Shown here: piece by piece, positions 11,099-24,243 of the stretch
Layout of the letters: each line of letters opens with the position of its first letter
Position numbering within the stretch: the stretch's first letter is position 1
DNA from: Terriglobia bacterium
Lineage (GTDB): Bacteria > Acidobacteriota > Terriglobia > 2-12-FULL-54-10
Direction of reading: 5' to 3'
NCBI GenBank assembly: GCA_963666975.2
Contig: CAXVYR010000004.1
Location: 128,001 to 192,000, forward strand
Length of the DNA: 64,000 nt
Notes under the pieces: model-generated
What the model was told of the DNA's origin: nothing
The model's database searches: none
Seen by the model: only the letters and a program-made list of their open reading frames with translations
Program-made: the position numbers and the translations under genes

Positions 11099-11803
11099 AT
11101 GCGTTTCTTGCTAACCACGGTTTTAGCTCTGCTATCGGCAGGGCAACTAAACACGGCCTGGGGCGCCAGCAAACAAGAAGAGCGGCTCGCAAAATCTACA
11201 GAGGTGTTTCAGCAAATCATGGACACTCCGGACAAGGGAATCCCGACTGATTTGCTGGCGCGCGCCGCCTGCATCGGCATTATCCCCAGTGTCAAGAAGT
11301 TTGCCTTCGGCTTCGGAGGGCGTCACGGCGCCGGATTCGTCCTGTGCCGCAAGAACCGGGGCAAGGGCCCTTGGGGACCTCCCTCCGGTTTTTCCATGTC
11401 GGGCGGCAGCTTCGGCCTGCAACTGGGCTTTTCGGCCACCGACTATGTGCTGCTGTTTATGAATTCGGACGGCGTGGACAAACTTCTGTCGGATAAATTC
11501 ACGCTCGGCGCCAACGCCGCGGTGGCGGCCGGACCGGTAGGCCGCACGGCCGAGGCATCGACGGACGCGCAAATGAGCGCCAAGATTCTTGCCTACTCCC
11601 GTAGCAAGGGCCTGTTTGCCGGTTTGGCTCTGGAGGGCGCTGTGCTGAAACCCTCCGGAGGCGACAACAAGTCACTCTACGGCAGGGAAGTTGACCCCAG
11701 GGACTTGTTGCTCACGGGCAATGTGGCCGCTCCACCGAGCGCCGCCCCCTTGATCCAGATACTGTCCAAGTACTCCGGAGGAAAGAGCAAAAAAACGTTA
11801 TAG
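11099..11803 (+). CDS. Lipid-binding SYLF (Ysc84) domain protein
   Basis: Signal peptide; GGSFGLQLG, AAAGPVGR, YSRSKGLFAG. Confidence 0.92.
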   Translation: MRFLLTTVLALLSAGQLNTAWGASKQEERLAKSTEVFQQIMDTPDKGIPTDLLARAACIGIIPSVKKFAFGFGGRHGAGFVLCRKNRGKGPWGPPSGFSMSGGSFGLQLGFSATDYVLLFMNSDGVDKLLSDKFTLGANAAVAAGPVGRTAEASTDAQMSAKILAYSRSKGLFAGLALEGAVLKPSGGDNKSLYGREVDPRDLLLTGNVAAPPSAAPLIQILSKYSGGKSKKTL

Positions 11804-11909
11804 AGAAAAGCCCTCTGCCAATTCCCTGCTTGGAAATCAAGAGGGAGCCTCCACGTCTGGCGCGACCAGCCGGCACCCTTGTCTGTCCCGCAGATCGTGT
11901 CTGCTGCCG

Positions 11910-12842
11910 TTGCCTTTGCTGATGCGCCACTGGATAGAATATCGCCACTGGATAGAGTATATCGGCGCTGGGGCCGTTCTGAAGCTTCTGGGCCTGCTGC
12001 CCCGCCCTGCCGCACATCAGCTTGCCACACTGCCAGCCCGCTTGTTCTATTGGGCCACGCCCCGGCTTCGCCAGACTGCTGAAAAAAACCTCGTGATGGC
12101 GTTGCCAGAGTTGAGCGCCTCCGAACGCTCCTCTCTCTGCTGGGGCACATACCGGAGCCTGGGCCGCCTGCTGGCCGAGTTCTCGCAATTCCCGCGCTTG
12201 AACCCCGCGAACGTCCGCCAAGTAGTCGCCTACGAGGGCCTTGAAAACTACCAAGCCGCCCTCGCACAAAAGCGGGGAGTCTTGTTTCTTACCGCTCATC
12301 TGGGAGCATGGGAACTGGGGGCCTTTGCCCACGGCTTGAACGGATACCGGCTCCACATTGTCCACCGCCCGCTGGACAATCCCCTGCTCAACCGCCTGGT
12401 CAACCGCTACCGTACGCTCGGCGGAAACCAGATGATCGAAAAAAAAGATTTCGCCCGCGGCATCCTGACGGCGCTAGCCAAGAACGAAACAGTGGGGATT
12501 TTAGCGGACCAAAACGCGGTCCGGGAGGAAGGAGTCTTCGTAAATTTCTTTGGAATTCCGGCCTGCACAACCGCCGGCATTGCCAAGATTGCGCTGCGCA
12601 GCGGGACCGCCGTGGTGCCGGCTTTCTGCGTCTATGATTCGAAGACCGCGCAGTTCCATATCTGCTTCGACCCGCCCCTGCGGCTTGAAACCTCCGGTAA
12701 CCCGGAAGAAGACATCCGGGCTGCCACCCAGCAGATGGCCGGCGTCATCGAGCGATTCGTGCGGCGGTATCCCGGCCAGTGGCTGTGGATTCACCGAAGA
12801 TGGAAAACCCGGCCCCCCGGAGAATCACCCCTTTACTCTTGA
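11910..12842 (+). CDS. Lipid A late acyltransferase (LpxL/HtrB family)
   Basis: TAHLGAWE, RPLDNP, LADQ, PGQWLWIHRRWKT. Confidence 0.9.
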   Translation: MPLLMRHWIEYRHWIEYIGAGAVLKLLGLLPRPAAHQLATLPARLFYWATPRLRQTAEKNLVMALPELSASERSSLCWGTYRSLGRLLAEFSQFPRLNPANVRQVVAYEGLENYQAALAQKRGVLFLTAHLGAWELGAFAHGLNGYRLHIVHRPLDNPLLNRLVNRYRTLGGNQMIEKKDFARGILTALAKNETVGILADQNAVREEGVFVNFFGIPACTTAGIAKIALRSGTAVVPAFCVYDSKTAQFHICFDPPLRLETSGNPEEDIRAATQQMAGVIERFVRRYPGQWLWIHRRWKTRPPGESPLYS

Positions 12843-12847
12843 GCCCT

Positions 12848-13681
12848 TTACTCTTGAGGGCTTTCAGAGCGGTCCGCGGCGGACATTGCCCTCCGGAAAT
12901 GTTTCCTCGAAGCCTCCCTGCAAAACCCCCGCTCGGAGCTCCGGACGAACTGGATCAAATGCCGGGCTTCTTCCGTCGGAACTTCGCGTTCAATGCGTTC
13001 CAGCGCCTGTCCCAAGGGCAAACGGGAGCGGTAGAGAATCCGATAGGCTTGTTTCAACCCGCGCACCGCCTCCGGGCCTATCCCGGCCCTCTTCAGCCCC
13101 ACCAAGTTGAGCCCCTTAGCAGTGATGTCAAAATCCGAGGCGAGGATAAAGGGTGGGACGTCCAGATTGACGCGCGTGTTGCCGCTGATCATCGCCAGCC
13201 GTCCGATCTTAGAAAACTGATGAACCAACACGCCGGCGGAGATATAAGCCAGCTCTCCCACCTCCACATATCCCCCCAGAGAACAATAATTGCAAACTAC
13301 AATGTTGCTTTCCAACCGGCAGTTGTGAGCCAAGTGAGTCCCGATCATAATGTAGTTGTCATCGCCGATCACGGTGGCCGATTCTGGAGGCGTCCCTCGG
13401 CTCGCCGAGGAATATTCCCGAAAGACATTGCGGTGGCCAATCCGCAGATACGATCGCTGCCCCGGAAAATTCTTATCTTCCGGGTCGGTTCCCAGCAGGA
13501 CGCCCGCATGCAGATGATTGTTCTCTCCCAGTGTGGTGTAGTTTTTGATGACGACGTGGGAATCCAGGCGCGTTCCCGCGCCGATCTCCACCTCATCCTC
13601 AATGATGCAGAATGGCCCGACAGTGACGTTTTCTGCCAGGCGGGCTTGAGGACTGACAATTGCGGTGCTCGAAATTTCCAT
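12848..13681 (-). CDS. lpxA: UDP-N-acetylglucosamine acyltransferase
   Basis: Hexapeptide repeats; HLAHNC, VHQFSKIG, DVPPF, GLNLVGLKR. Confidence 0.9.
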   Translation of the reverse strand: MEISSTAIVSPQARLAENVTVGPFCIIEDEVEIGAGTRLDSHVVIKNYTTLGENNHLHAGVLLGTDPEDKNFPGQRSYLRIGHRNVFREYSSASRGTPPESATVIGDDNYIMIGTHLAHNCRLESNIVVCNYCSLGGYVEVGELAYISAGVLVHQFSKIGRLAMISGNTRVNLDVPPFILASDFDITAKGLNLVGLKRAGIGPEAVRGLKQAYRILYRSRLPLGQALERIEREVPTEEARHLIQFVRSSERGFCREASRKHFRRAMSAADRSESPQE

Positions 13682-13874
13682 AGTTGTTTTGACGGTTCAG
13701 TGTCCCTGGACGCACTCTCTCGCGTTATACTCCGCCAAGACACAGCGCGAAGGCACGGCGGCAGCATCGAGATTCTTTCGGTTCCCGAAACAGACAGGGA
13801 AACCATTGTATGCAAAAACTCGCGTGGCGCCGAACATTTTGATTGCCGAAAGGCATACTCTATGAGGCTCTCAG

Positions 13875-14942
13875 ATGAAAATAGAACATACCGTAAATGA
13901 TTTGGCCCGTTCGGTGGGAGGAGAAGCGGAAGGAACCGCCACCAGAATGATTTCCGGAGTGGCGCCGCTCGAAAGCGCCGGAGAAGGAGACGCATCCTTT
14001 CTGGAGTCGGCGCGGAACCTCAAGCAAGCCATCGCCTCCCGTGCGGGCTGCCTGGTGGCCCCTCCGGGTTTGGACCTTCCGGGAAAAACGGTTATTCGGG
14101 TTCGCAATCCCCGTTATGGGTTTGCGCAGATCATTCAGGTCTTTTCCCCCCCGCCCCCTCGACGGCCGGCAATTCATCCGACGGCCCAGATCGGCGACAA
14201 CGTCACACTGGGGGCAGAGGTAGAGATTGGACCTTGCGCCGTGATCGGCGAGGGAGCCAGAATCGGGGCGCGGTCCTCCATCGGCGCCGGTTGCGTACTG
14301 GGAGAGAACATCGTCTTAGGGGAGGACTGCCTCTTGTATCCGCGCGTCACCCTGTACGCCGGCACGCGCCTCGGCTGCCGCGTGATTCTGCATAGCGGCT
14401 GCGTGGTGGGAAGTGACGGCTTCGGATATGTGATGGAGGCCGGGCAGTACCACAAATTTCCGCAGATCGGCGGCGTGGAGATCGCCGACGACGTGGAGAT
14501 CGGCTCCAACAGCACCGTCGACCGGGGAGCCTTGGAAGACACGCGGATTGGCCGGGGAACGAAGATCGATAATCTGGTCCAGGTGGGCCACACCGTCCAG
14601 ATAGGAGCAAACTGCGTGGTGGCATCGCAGACAGGCATCTCCGGAAGCTCCGTCATCGAGGATTACGTTGTCATCGCCGGGCAGGTGGGTCTCGGCGACC
14701 ATGTGCGGGTGCAGAAAGGCGCAATCCTGGGAGGCCAGTGCGGCATTCTTCCCCACAAAACCGTCCGCGCGGGCCAAACCGTTTGGGGCACCCCGGCACG
14801 GCCCATTCGAGAACAGCTAGAGCAACAGGCGCTGGTGGCGCGCCTGCCACGCCTGTTTCAGCAAATCAACTCGCTCAGGCAACAAGCACAAGTTGAAAGC
14901 AACGGCATAGATGAACCACGCAGCAAGCCATCCAAAAAATAG
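13875..14942 (+). CDS. lpxD: UDP-3-O-acylglucosamine N-acyltransferase
   Basis: [31 protein letters not shown]. Confidence 0.95.
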   Translation: MKIEHTVNDLARSVGGEAEGTATRMISGVAPLESAGEGDASFLESARNLKQAIASRAGCLVAPPGLDLPGKTVIRVRNPRYGFAQIIQVFSPPPPRRPAIHPTAQIGDNVTLGAEVEIGPCAVIGEGARIGARSSIGAGCVLGENIVLGEDCLLYPRVTLYAGTRLGCRVILHSGCVVGSDGFGYVMEAGQYHKFPQIGGVEIADDVEIGSNSTVDRGALEDTRIGRGTKIDNLVQVGHTVQIGANCVVASQTGISGSSVIEDYVVIAGQVGLGDHVRVQKGAILGGQCGILPHKTVRAGQTVWGTPARPIREQLEQQALVARLPRLFQQINSLRQQAQVESNGIDEPRSKPSKK

Positions 14943-14999
14943 ACGGCGCTGGACACCCTCCCGCTCAACTATGAAAGCCCCGCGTGCTATACTTGCACT

Positions 15000-15632
15000 A
15001 TGAAGATGGTGGTGGTAGGAGGAAACAGCCGCGAGATCGGTAAAACCTCCGTGGTGGCGGGGCTGATCCGCGCCTTGCGCCATCGTGACTGGACCGCCAT
15101 CAAGCTCACCCAGTTCGGACATGGGATTTGTTCACTGGACAGCGAGCCCTGCGACTGCGCCCCTGGCGAGCACCCCTTTGCGATGCAGGAAGAACGCGAC
15201 CGCAGCGGCAACTCCGACACCTCCCGGTTTCTCGAGGCCGGAGCGTGCCGCGCACTGTGGGTCCGCGTGCGGCAGGGGATGCTTGAAGCGGCCATCCCGG
15301 AGCTTCGGCAGGCGCTAGCCGGTGATGAAAATGCCATCCTGGAGAGCAACAGCATCCTTCAATTTTTCCAGCCTAATCTGTATCTGACGGTGCTGGACCC
15401 GGCCAAAAAAGACTTCAAAGACTCCGCCCGGCACTTTTTGGACCGCGCCGATGCCAGCCTGGTCCTGGAACCCGGCCTGGAACACTCTTTATGGGAAGGC
15501 ATTTCGCTGGAGACGATTCAGACGAAGCCGGTCTTCTCTATCCGAAAAGGCTGCTATGTAACGCCGGAAATTACGGACTTTGTGGAGTCCCGGCTGCTGG
15601 CAAGCGACCACAGCCCTGCCCTTTCCGGCTGA
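15000..15632 (+). CDS. MobB-like P-loop protein
   Basis: VVVGGNSREIGKT, DTSRFLEAGA, ILESNS. Confidence 0.6.
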   Translation: MKMVVVGGNSREIGKTSVVAGLIRALRHRDWTAIKLTQFGHGICSLDSEPCDCAPGEHPFAMQEERDRSGNSDTSRFLEAGACRALWVRVRQGMLEAAIPELRQALAGDENAILESNSILQFFQPNLYLTVLDPAKKDFKDSARHFLDRADASLVLEPGLEHSLWEGISLETIQTKPVFSIRKGCYVTPEITDFVESRLLASDHSPALSG

Positions 15633-15668
15633 ACTGCCCCGGCGGCGATATTTTTAGCTTACACACTG

Positions 15669-16043
15669 TTATGGAGTCGGGCGGGTAACGCCTGGATAAC
15701 GCTCCAGAAGCTGCAGCAACTGAGGATCACCCAACCGAGCGGCTTCCTTCGCATGAAACCAGGCCGCCTGGTAATCTTCCCCGATGACGCACATCTGGCC
15801 CAACTCGATGTGACTCTCCGCTGAATGCGGGTCAAGCGACAAAGCTTCCTGGAACTGCTCTTGTGCCTGCGCCGTCCTTCCCTGCAACCGGTAAAGAACT
15901 CCCAGGTTGTGATGGGGCCTGGCGGCAGCCGGGTTCGCCTCAATGGCTTCCTGCTGTTCCCGAATGTGCCGCTCGGTTTCATCGTCCAGCGCAGGCTCGA
16001 TGACTTCCTTGCGGAAAAACCCCTTCTGCCCGGGCTTCTTCAT
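15669..16043 (-). CDS. TPR protein
   Basis: HHNLGVLY..QG..A...F..AL..DP TPR pattern. Confidence 0.8.
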   Translation of the reverse strand: MKKPGQKGFFRKEVIEPALDDETERHIREQQEAIEANPAAARPHHNLGVLYRLQGRTAQAQEQFQEALSLDPHSAESHIELGQMCVIGEDYQAAWFHAKEAARLGDPQLLQLLERYPGVTRPTP

Positions 16044-16095
16044 AAGATTTCCTGATCGCGCACTGGTTCAAATGTCAGGTTGTTCTGAAAAAATT

Positions 16096-16692
16096 TCAGC
16101 GGCGGCTGAGATCGTTGAGGAACGTCTGGCGGGTTTGATGAAAAATTCCGGGATCAGAAGATTCCGGGCTTGTCGCGCTGCCGAGAACGTTCAACACATT
16201 CAGTCCGGTTGAGGATGTGGATGAAGGTTCCTCCGCCGCCGGATCAAAGCGAGCGTGCGCCGACCGGGCTGCTTGCTGCTCCTGGGCAAGACCGTCTAGC
16301 AGGTTCAGCAGTGCCGCACCGTAACATTCCATCAGCACGGGGTCGTAGCGCTCTGCCGCGTCCAGGCGCTCATTCCATCCGGCCAAATCCTGGCAGGCCT
16401 GCTCAGCCCGTGCGCTGCTTTCACCGGATGGCAAACTCCCCGGCAAACCGTCGATACTCTGGCTGAACCGATCGTTCAGCTCCTTCCACCGCTCCAGCAC
16501 AATCAACGCGCCATAGCGCGCCTGATCCAGAGCTATCTCCCAGGCGAAAAGGGCCCCTTTTTGCTTTCCTTCCAAACGCGCCAAAAAATTTCTGGCCTGC
16601 GCGATGTGGTCGGAAAACGAAGCGACGAAAGCCGTCAGGCAACCCATATACTCCGGCTCCGAGAGAGCCTCCCTGGAAAATATTTCCTGCAT
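16096..16692 (-). CDS. Hypothetical helical protein
   Basis: Long ORF co-oriented with its neighbours; start uncertain (MQEIFS chosen). Confidence 0.5.
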   Translation of the reverse strand: MQEIFSREALSEPEYMGCLTAFVASFSDHIAQARNFLARLEGKQKGALFAWEIALDQARYGALIVLERWKELNDRFSQSIDGLPGSLPSGESSARAEQACQDLAGWNERLDAAERYDPVLMECYGAALLNLLDGLAQEQQAARSAHARFDPAAEEPSSTSSTGLNVLNVLGSATSPESSDPGIFHQTRQTFLNDLSRR

Positions 16693-16723
16693 TCGCAAAC
16701 TATTCTGGAAAAGCGATTGGATT

Positions 16724-17017
16724 CTAGGAATTGCTTGTATCGGAGGCTGGGATGAACTCGGCCAGCGCCTTCTCGACATCCTCCGGCCCGAGTTTCTCCC
16801 CTTCATTCAACCGTTCCACAATCTCCTGTATGAGAGCCTTGGCTTGTTCCTTGCGGTAGTTCTTGATGAAGCCGTCGTAAAAGTGCTCACCTTCGATGGC
16901 ACGGCTGATCTCCCATTCCTTGTTGTGATCCTGCAGCTCCGTGAAATAAACGACCTTGAATTTTCCGGAGTACTCCGTCTCGCGATAAATCTCAAACATC
17001 ACCTGATCGGATTCCAT
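16724..17017 (-). CDS. Conserved hypothetical protein
   Basis: GAGGAG SD upstream; MFEIYRE..FKVVYFTEL..GEHFYDGFI has protein-like composition. Confidence 0.7.
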   Translation of the reverse strand: MESDQVMFEIYRETEYSGKFKVVYFTELQDHNKEWEISRAIEGEHFYDGFIKNYRKEQAKALIQEIVERLNEGEKLGPEDVEKALAEFIPASDTSNS

Positions 17018-17153
17018 TGCCGTTTGACTCCTCAACCCGCCGTATTGCCCGCTGCCCTGCCGGGCGGGATGGCACAGCGCTATTCTCGCCAGCCCTCCGC
17101 TGGATTATAGCAAACGGAAGCCCACTTTGATCCGCCTACGACTTCTACAAAAT

Positions 17154-17188
17154 AAAAAAAGGAGGCAGCAACTGTCAGCCGCCTCCTT
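17154..17188 (-). terminator. Intrinsic terminator of the activator operon
   Basis: AAGGAGGC..GCCTCCTT hairpin with an A-run on + (U-tract on -), just downstream of the 17225 stop. Confidence 0.75.
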
Positions 17189-17224
17189 CTACATGGTTCC
17201 TGGTCGATACCCCGCCCTGAGCCG

Positions 17225-20764
<3,540 letters not shown>

Positions 20765-20850
20765 TGTCTCCCTTTTCGGTAATCGTGTTGGGTTCCGAAT
20801 CAGGCCGGCATCCGCCGGCCCGCCTCCGGCAATACGTTCGTTGACCCTGC

Positions 20851-22632
20851 TTAGTTGACCCTTGCAGAAGCCTGCTCCCGGTGCATTTGCTCCGCTACAT
20901 GATGCAAGAAGTGCGCACCCAGTCCCACCACGCCTTTTACGTGCGGAACTTTGTACATGGGCCGCTTCAACTCCGAATGAGCGTCCACATACGCTTTGAT
21001 CTCATCCAGCGAATACCCCGTCTTCTCCAGCGCAGCCTTGTATTCGCTCTTGGCTTTGATCTTGGCTTCGCCCAGCGCCATCTGCACTCTGCTGTGAGCG
21101 TTAATCTCTCCCTCGCCGGAGGTTTCAACCGGCAGGAAGATCATGTCTTTGAATTGGGTAACCACAGCCGATTGGGCGCCATCGGATTGCGTGCTGGGCA
21201 TGCAACCGAACGGCTTCAGGCTGAGCACCATGTGACAGAGGTTTTTGTTGGAGTAATAGATGTTCTTGGCGACCTCAAGGTGCCCTTCCCCGCCGCCTGC
21301 CCTGGAGTTGTAGAAGGGGTGCGCCACGCGTTGCAACTCATACTGGTCCGTCAGGGCGTGCGCAATCCCTCCGAGCGCATCCTTGATGCGGTGGTACTCG
21401 CGCTTGAATATCGCCTCCGCCAGTTTCAGCTTGGCGAGCTTATTGCGATAGTTCCACCCGATGCGGGCATGCTGGTCCAGCCTCCAGAAGGCCGGCGAGG
21501 CAGCGCCTTCCTCCAACCCCTTCTTGTCGCGGATGGACTGAATGGCCTGGTGAATCATATACATAATCCACGTGCCAATCGGTTCGACCATCACATCGGC
21601 GCCTTCCCGCTCCAGGAACCGGAACATATTGAAGTTGCCGTCCCCCTCGGTCGTCTGAGCCCAAAACTCTCCGGTAACCTTGACGACAGGTCTCATGCGA
21701 GTGCGGTCCACCGGAATCTGATCAAACCGATCCCGGACGTGGTGGAGATGTTCAATGTATTCGTCGCCTAAAATCTGGTTGAGAAACTTCCCCACGTAAG
21801 TAGCCGTATCGGCGGTCTTGGGAAACCGCTCCAGATATTTGCCGAGGTTCCCGTTGAGCTTCCAGGGCCGCTTCCGGCGCATGACCTCGTGCATGTAGTC
21901 GGTTACTTCCTCCAGCACCGCATCGGTCTCGCCCGGGTTGATTTCATAGGGCCGGATCAGGTAGGCCACCTCATTGATGAGATCCCCCATGTTCATGCCG
22001 TTCAGCAGACCGAGGAAGAAATCCAGGTTCATATCCAGGCCCGCTTCGCCTTCCGACTGGTCAAGCCCCCCGGACTGCTGGAACAAGACCACCCGAAAAT
22101 CGTCGAAGCCGGAATTGCGCAACGCCAGCCGGTACTCGGCCTCGTACATGCCGAACCGGCAGGGCCCGCAGGCGCCCGCCGTCAGGAAAATATAGTTGCT
22201 CGCAATTTCCTTTTTGGAGAGCCCTTGCTCTTCGAGCTTCTGCAGATATTGAACCAGGTTGCCCACGGTGAAGTAAGTCGGATTGCACTGGCCGTTGTTG
22301 CCGTATTCCTTGCCGAGCTGAAAGGCGGCGACGTCGGGAGTCGGGACGGCCTCGCATTGGTAGCCTAAACCTTCCAGCGCTCCGTGGATCAATTTTTCGT
22401 GCTTCCAAGTCAGCCCGCCGAACAGCAGCGTGGTGTGCGACCGCTGCGACGCGTTAAAAGCATGTTCTACAGGCTTCTTGAAGTGGTTGAACTGCCGTTC
22501 CTGGATGCCTGCTTCTCTCTCCAGCCGCGCCCTCTCTTCCTCCAAGCGTTTCTGGATGGTCTTCTCAACGGAAGTAATCTGGATCAAACTCTGGTTGCCC
22601 GGTTGCAACTGCTGCCCGGAAGTGCTCATCAA
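20851..22632 (-). CDS. 2-hydroxyacyl-CoA dehydratase-like partner protein
   Basis: GNNGQCNP, GACGPCRFG, GGEGH, KPFGCMP. Confidence 0.85.
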   Translation of the reverse strand: MMSTSGQQLQPGNQSLIQITSVEKTIQKRLEEERARLEREAGIQERQFNHFKKPVEHAFNASQRSHTTLLFGGLTWKHEKLIHGALEGLGYQCEAVPTPDVAAFQLGKEYGNNGQCNPTYFTVGNLVQYLQKLEEQGLSKKEIASNYIFLTAGACGPCRFGMYEAEYRLALRNSGFDDFRVVLFQQSGGLDQSEGEAGLDMNLDFFLGLLNGMNMGDLINEVAYLIRPYEINPGETDAVLEEVTDYMHEVMRRKRPWKLNGNLGKYLERFPKTADTATYVGKFLNQILGDEYIEHLHHVRDRFDQIPVDRTRMRPVVKVTGEFWAQTTEGDGNFNMFRFLEREGADVMVEPIGTWIMYMIHQAIQSIRDKKGLEEGAASPAFWRLDQHARIGWNYRNKLAKLKLAEAIFKREYHRIKDALGGIAHALTDQYELQRVAHPFYNSRAGGGEGHLEVAKNIYYSNKNLCHMVLSLKPFGCMPSTQSDGAQSAVVTQFKDMIFLPVETSGEGEINAHSRVQMALGEAKIKAKSEYKAALEKTGYSLDEIKAYVDAHSELKRPMYKVPHVKGVVGLGAHFLHHVAEQMHREQASARVN

Positions 22633-22843
22633 TCACCTCTCCATTCAAATTTAATCATTGAAATCTAATCCTGCATCGCAAAAGCAAACTTTCCAGAACC
22701 GAAATCCAACTTGCACTTTTCCATACTTCGCAGTGTCCTTCCATTCCGTTCCCTCAGTCCATCGAATCCCCTAGTGGATCAACTCTAGCTCGCCTAATTC
22801 CAGAGCAAAGTAGCGGGAATCTCAAAGCCCCGCCACAAAGAGA

Positions 22844-22865
22844 GTGACAGTTTCGTCAGTGTCAC
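22844..22865. promoter_or_regulatory. Palindromic operator candidate upstream of the dehydratase operon
   Basis: GTGACA-N10-TGTCAC in the intergenic region between divergent genes. Confidence 0.4.
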
Positions 22866-23327
22866 ATCCATGACATTCCCGCCGACCCATAGTGGTTTCT
22901 CTTCAAGCAATATGCGCATATTCACCCACCAGCGACGAAGGGTAAATGGCTTTCCATTGAACGGCATATATTGAAAGGCGAACTGCGGTCTGTTCAGTTT
23001 ATTGGCGCAAGCGACTCAGTTTCAAATAGTTACAGAACTTGCGGGGACCTGTTGGAGAGGAAAGCAGCGGCATGGACCAAAAGCAGGATTCATGGGGGGA
23101 AACAGAGTAGCTGCACCCCTCACTCAGCGCCCGGTGGTTACGGCAAGAAATTGACAGGGAAATGCCCCTCATATTCTGGCAGCATTTTCCGATTCGCCCC
23201 GTGTGATATACTCGACACCCGTCAGGGCAGCCAGAACCATCCGGCTCGCGATAGCTTAGAATCTTCATTTTGTCCACGGCAAGTCCGAAAGTGAGTCGCC
23301 GGGGGCAAGGAACAACAACCTATAGCT

Positions 23328-23786
23328 ATGAAGTGTCCATTCTGCAGCCATCCGGAAGACAAAGTAGTCGATTCTCGCGAGAGCAAGGAAGGGCAAGCCA
23401 TCCGGCGTCGTCGCGAGTGCCTTTCCTGCGAACGGCGCTTTACCACCTACGAGCGGCTGGATGAAATCCCCTACATGATCGTCAAAAAGGACGACAGGCG
23501 GGAGAAGTTCGACCGTCAAAAAATCCTGGCCGGCCTGCTGCGGGCTTGCGAAAAACGGCCCGTGAGCATGAACCAACTGGAGGCCATCGTCAATGAAGCC
23601 GAAGGTTTTTTCGCCGAATCCCAGGACCGGGAACGTCCTTCGAGCGAGATCGGCCAGCTACTGATGGACCGGCTCCGGGAACTGGACAAGGTCGCCTACG
23701 TCCGCTTCGCTTCTGTTTACCTGGATTTCAAAGACATCAAAGAATTCATGGACGAACTGAAGGGTCTGCTGCGCCCGGGCCGCTAA
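23328..23786 (+). CDS. nrdR: Transcriptional repressor NrdR
   Basis: [29 protein letters not shown]; [10 protein letters not shown]. Confidence 0.98.
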   Translation: MKCPFCSHPEDKVVDSRESKEGQAIRRRRECLSCERRFTTYERLDEIPYMIVKKDDRREKFDRQKILAGLLRACEKRPVSMNQLEAIVNEAEGFFAESQDRERPSSEIGQLLMDRLRELDKVAYVRFASVYLDFKDIKEFMDELKGLLRPGR

Positions 23787-23953
23787 AGCGGTTCTCCAGT
23801 TGGTATCGACCGTGTCCGAGCCGCGACCGTGAGGGAGCGGTTCCAAAAATGACTCAATCGACCAGCGTTTGGTGTCCGCTTGCTTACGCGCGCGGCTCGG
23901 ATTGGCTTGGTGTCCAGTAAACCTTGGTCTACATTATCACGAGAACCGCGCTA
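23784..23953. repeat. MITE-like unit containing a REP-type palindrome
   Basis: Terminal IRs TAAAGCGGTTCTC / GAGAACCGCGCTA; internal CCGAGCCGCG...CGCGGCTCGG (23816-23900). Confidence 0.6.
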
Positions 23954-23985
23954 GACCCATTTCCGAGTTGGTGTAGAGTGCTTCA

Positions 23986-24123
23986 CAGCCCTGCAAGGGC
24001 GGCAGATCCTAGCCCAGGACGTAAGCGCTGGGACAACGGGGCCGGTATTACCCCGAGCCCTGGAGGGGCGCAAGACGCTTCGGCCCTCTTCTTTCGCCCC
24101 TTCTGGCACCCCTTCCGGGGCTG
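23986..24123. repeat. REP-like palindromic element
   Basis: GCCC..AGGGC and CCCAG..CTGGG hairpins; ends CAGCCC...GGGGCTG. Confidence 0.5.
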
Positions 24124-24243
24124 ATCCGGCGTGGCCTTTTCCACCCACTGAGGGTGCCTCAAATCTCTACACTCTCCCAAGAGACAGTTGATATAATTCT
24201 CCAGCGCGGCCCGAAGCGCAAAGTCAGACTAAAAAGGCTCGCA

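Noticed and set aside
12779-13900. Long antisense ORFs (also 17537-19006, 28534-29952, 50672-51430)
   Set aside because: Shadow ORFs opposite well-supported genes in GC-rich DNA.
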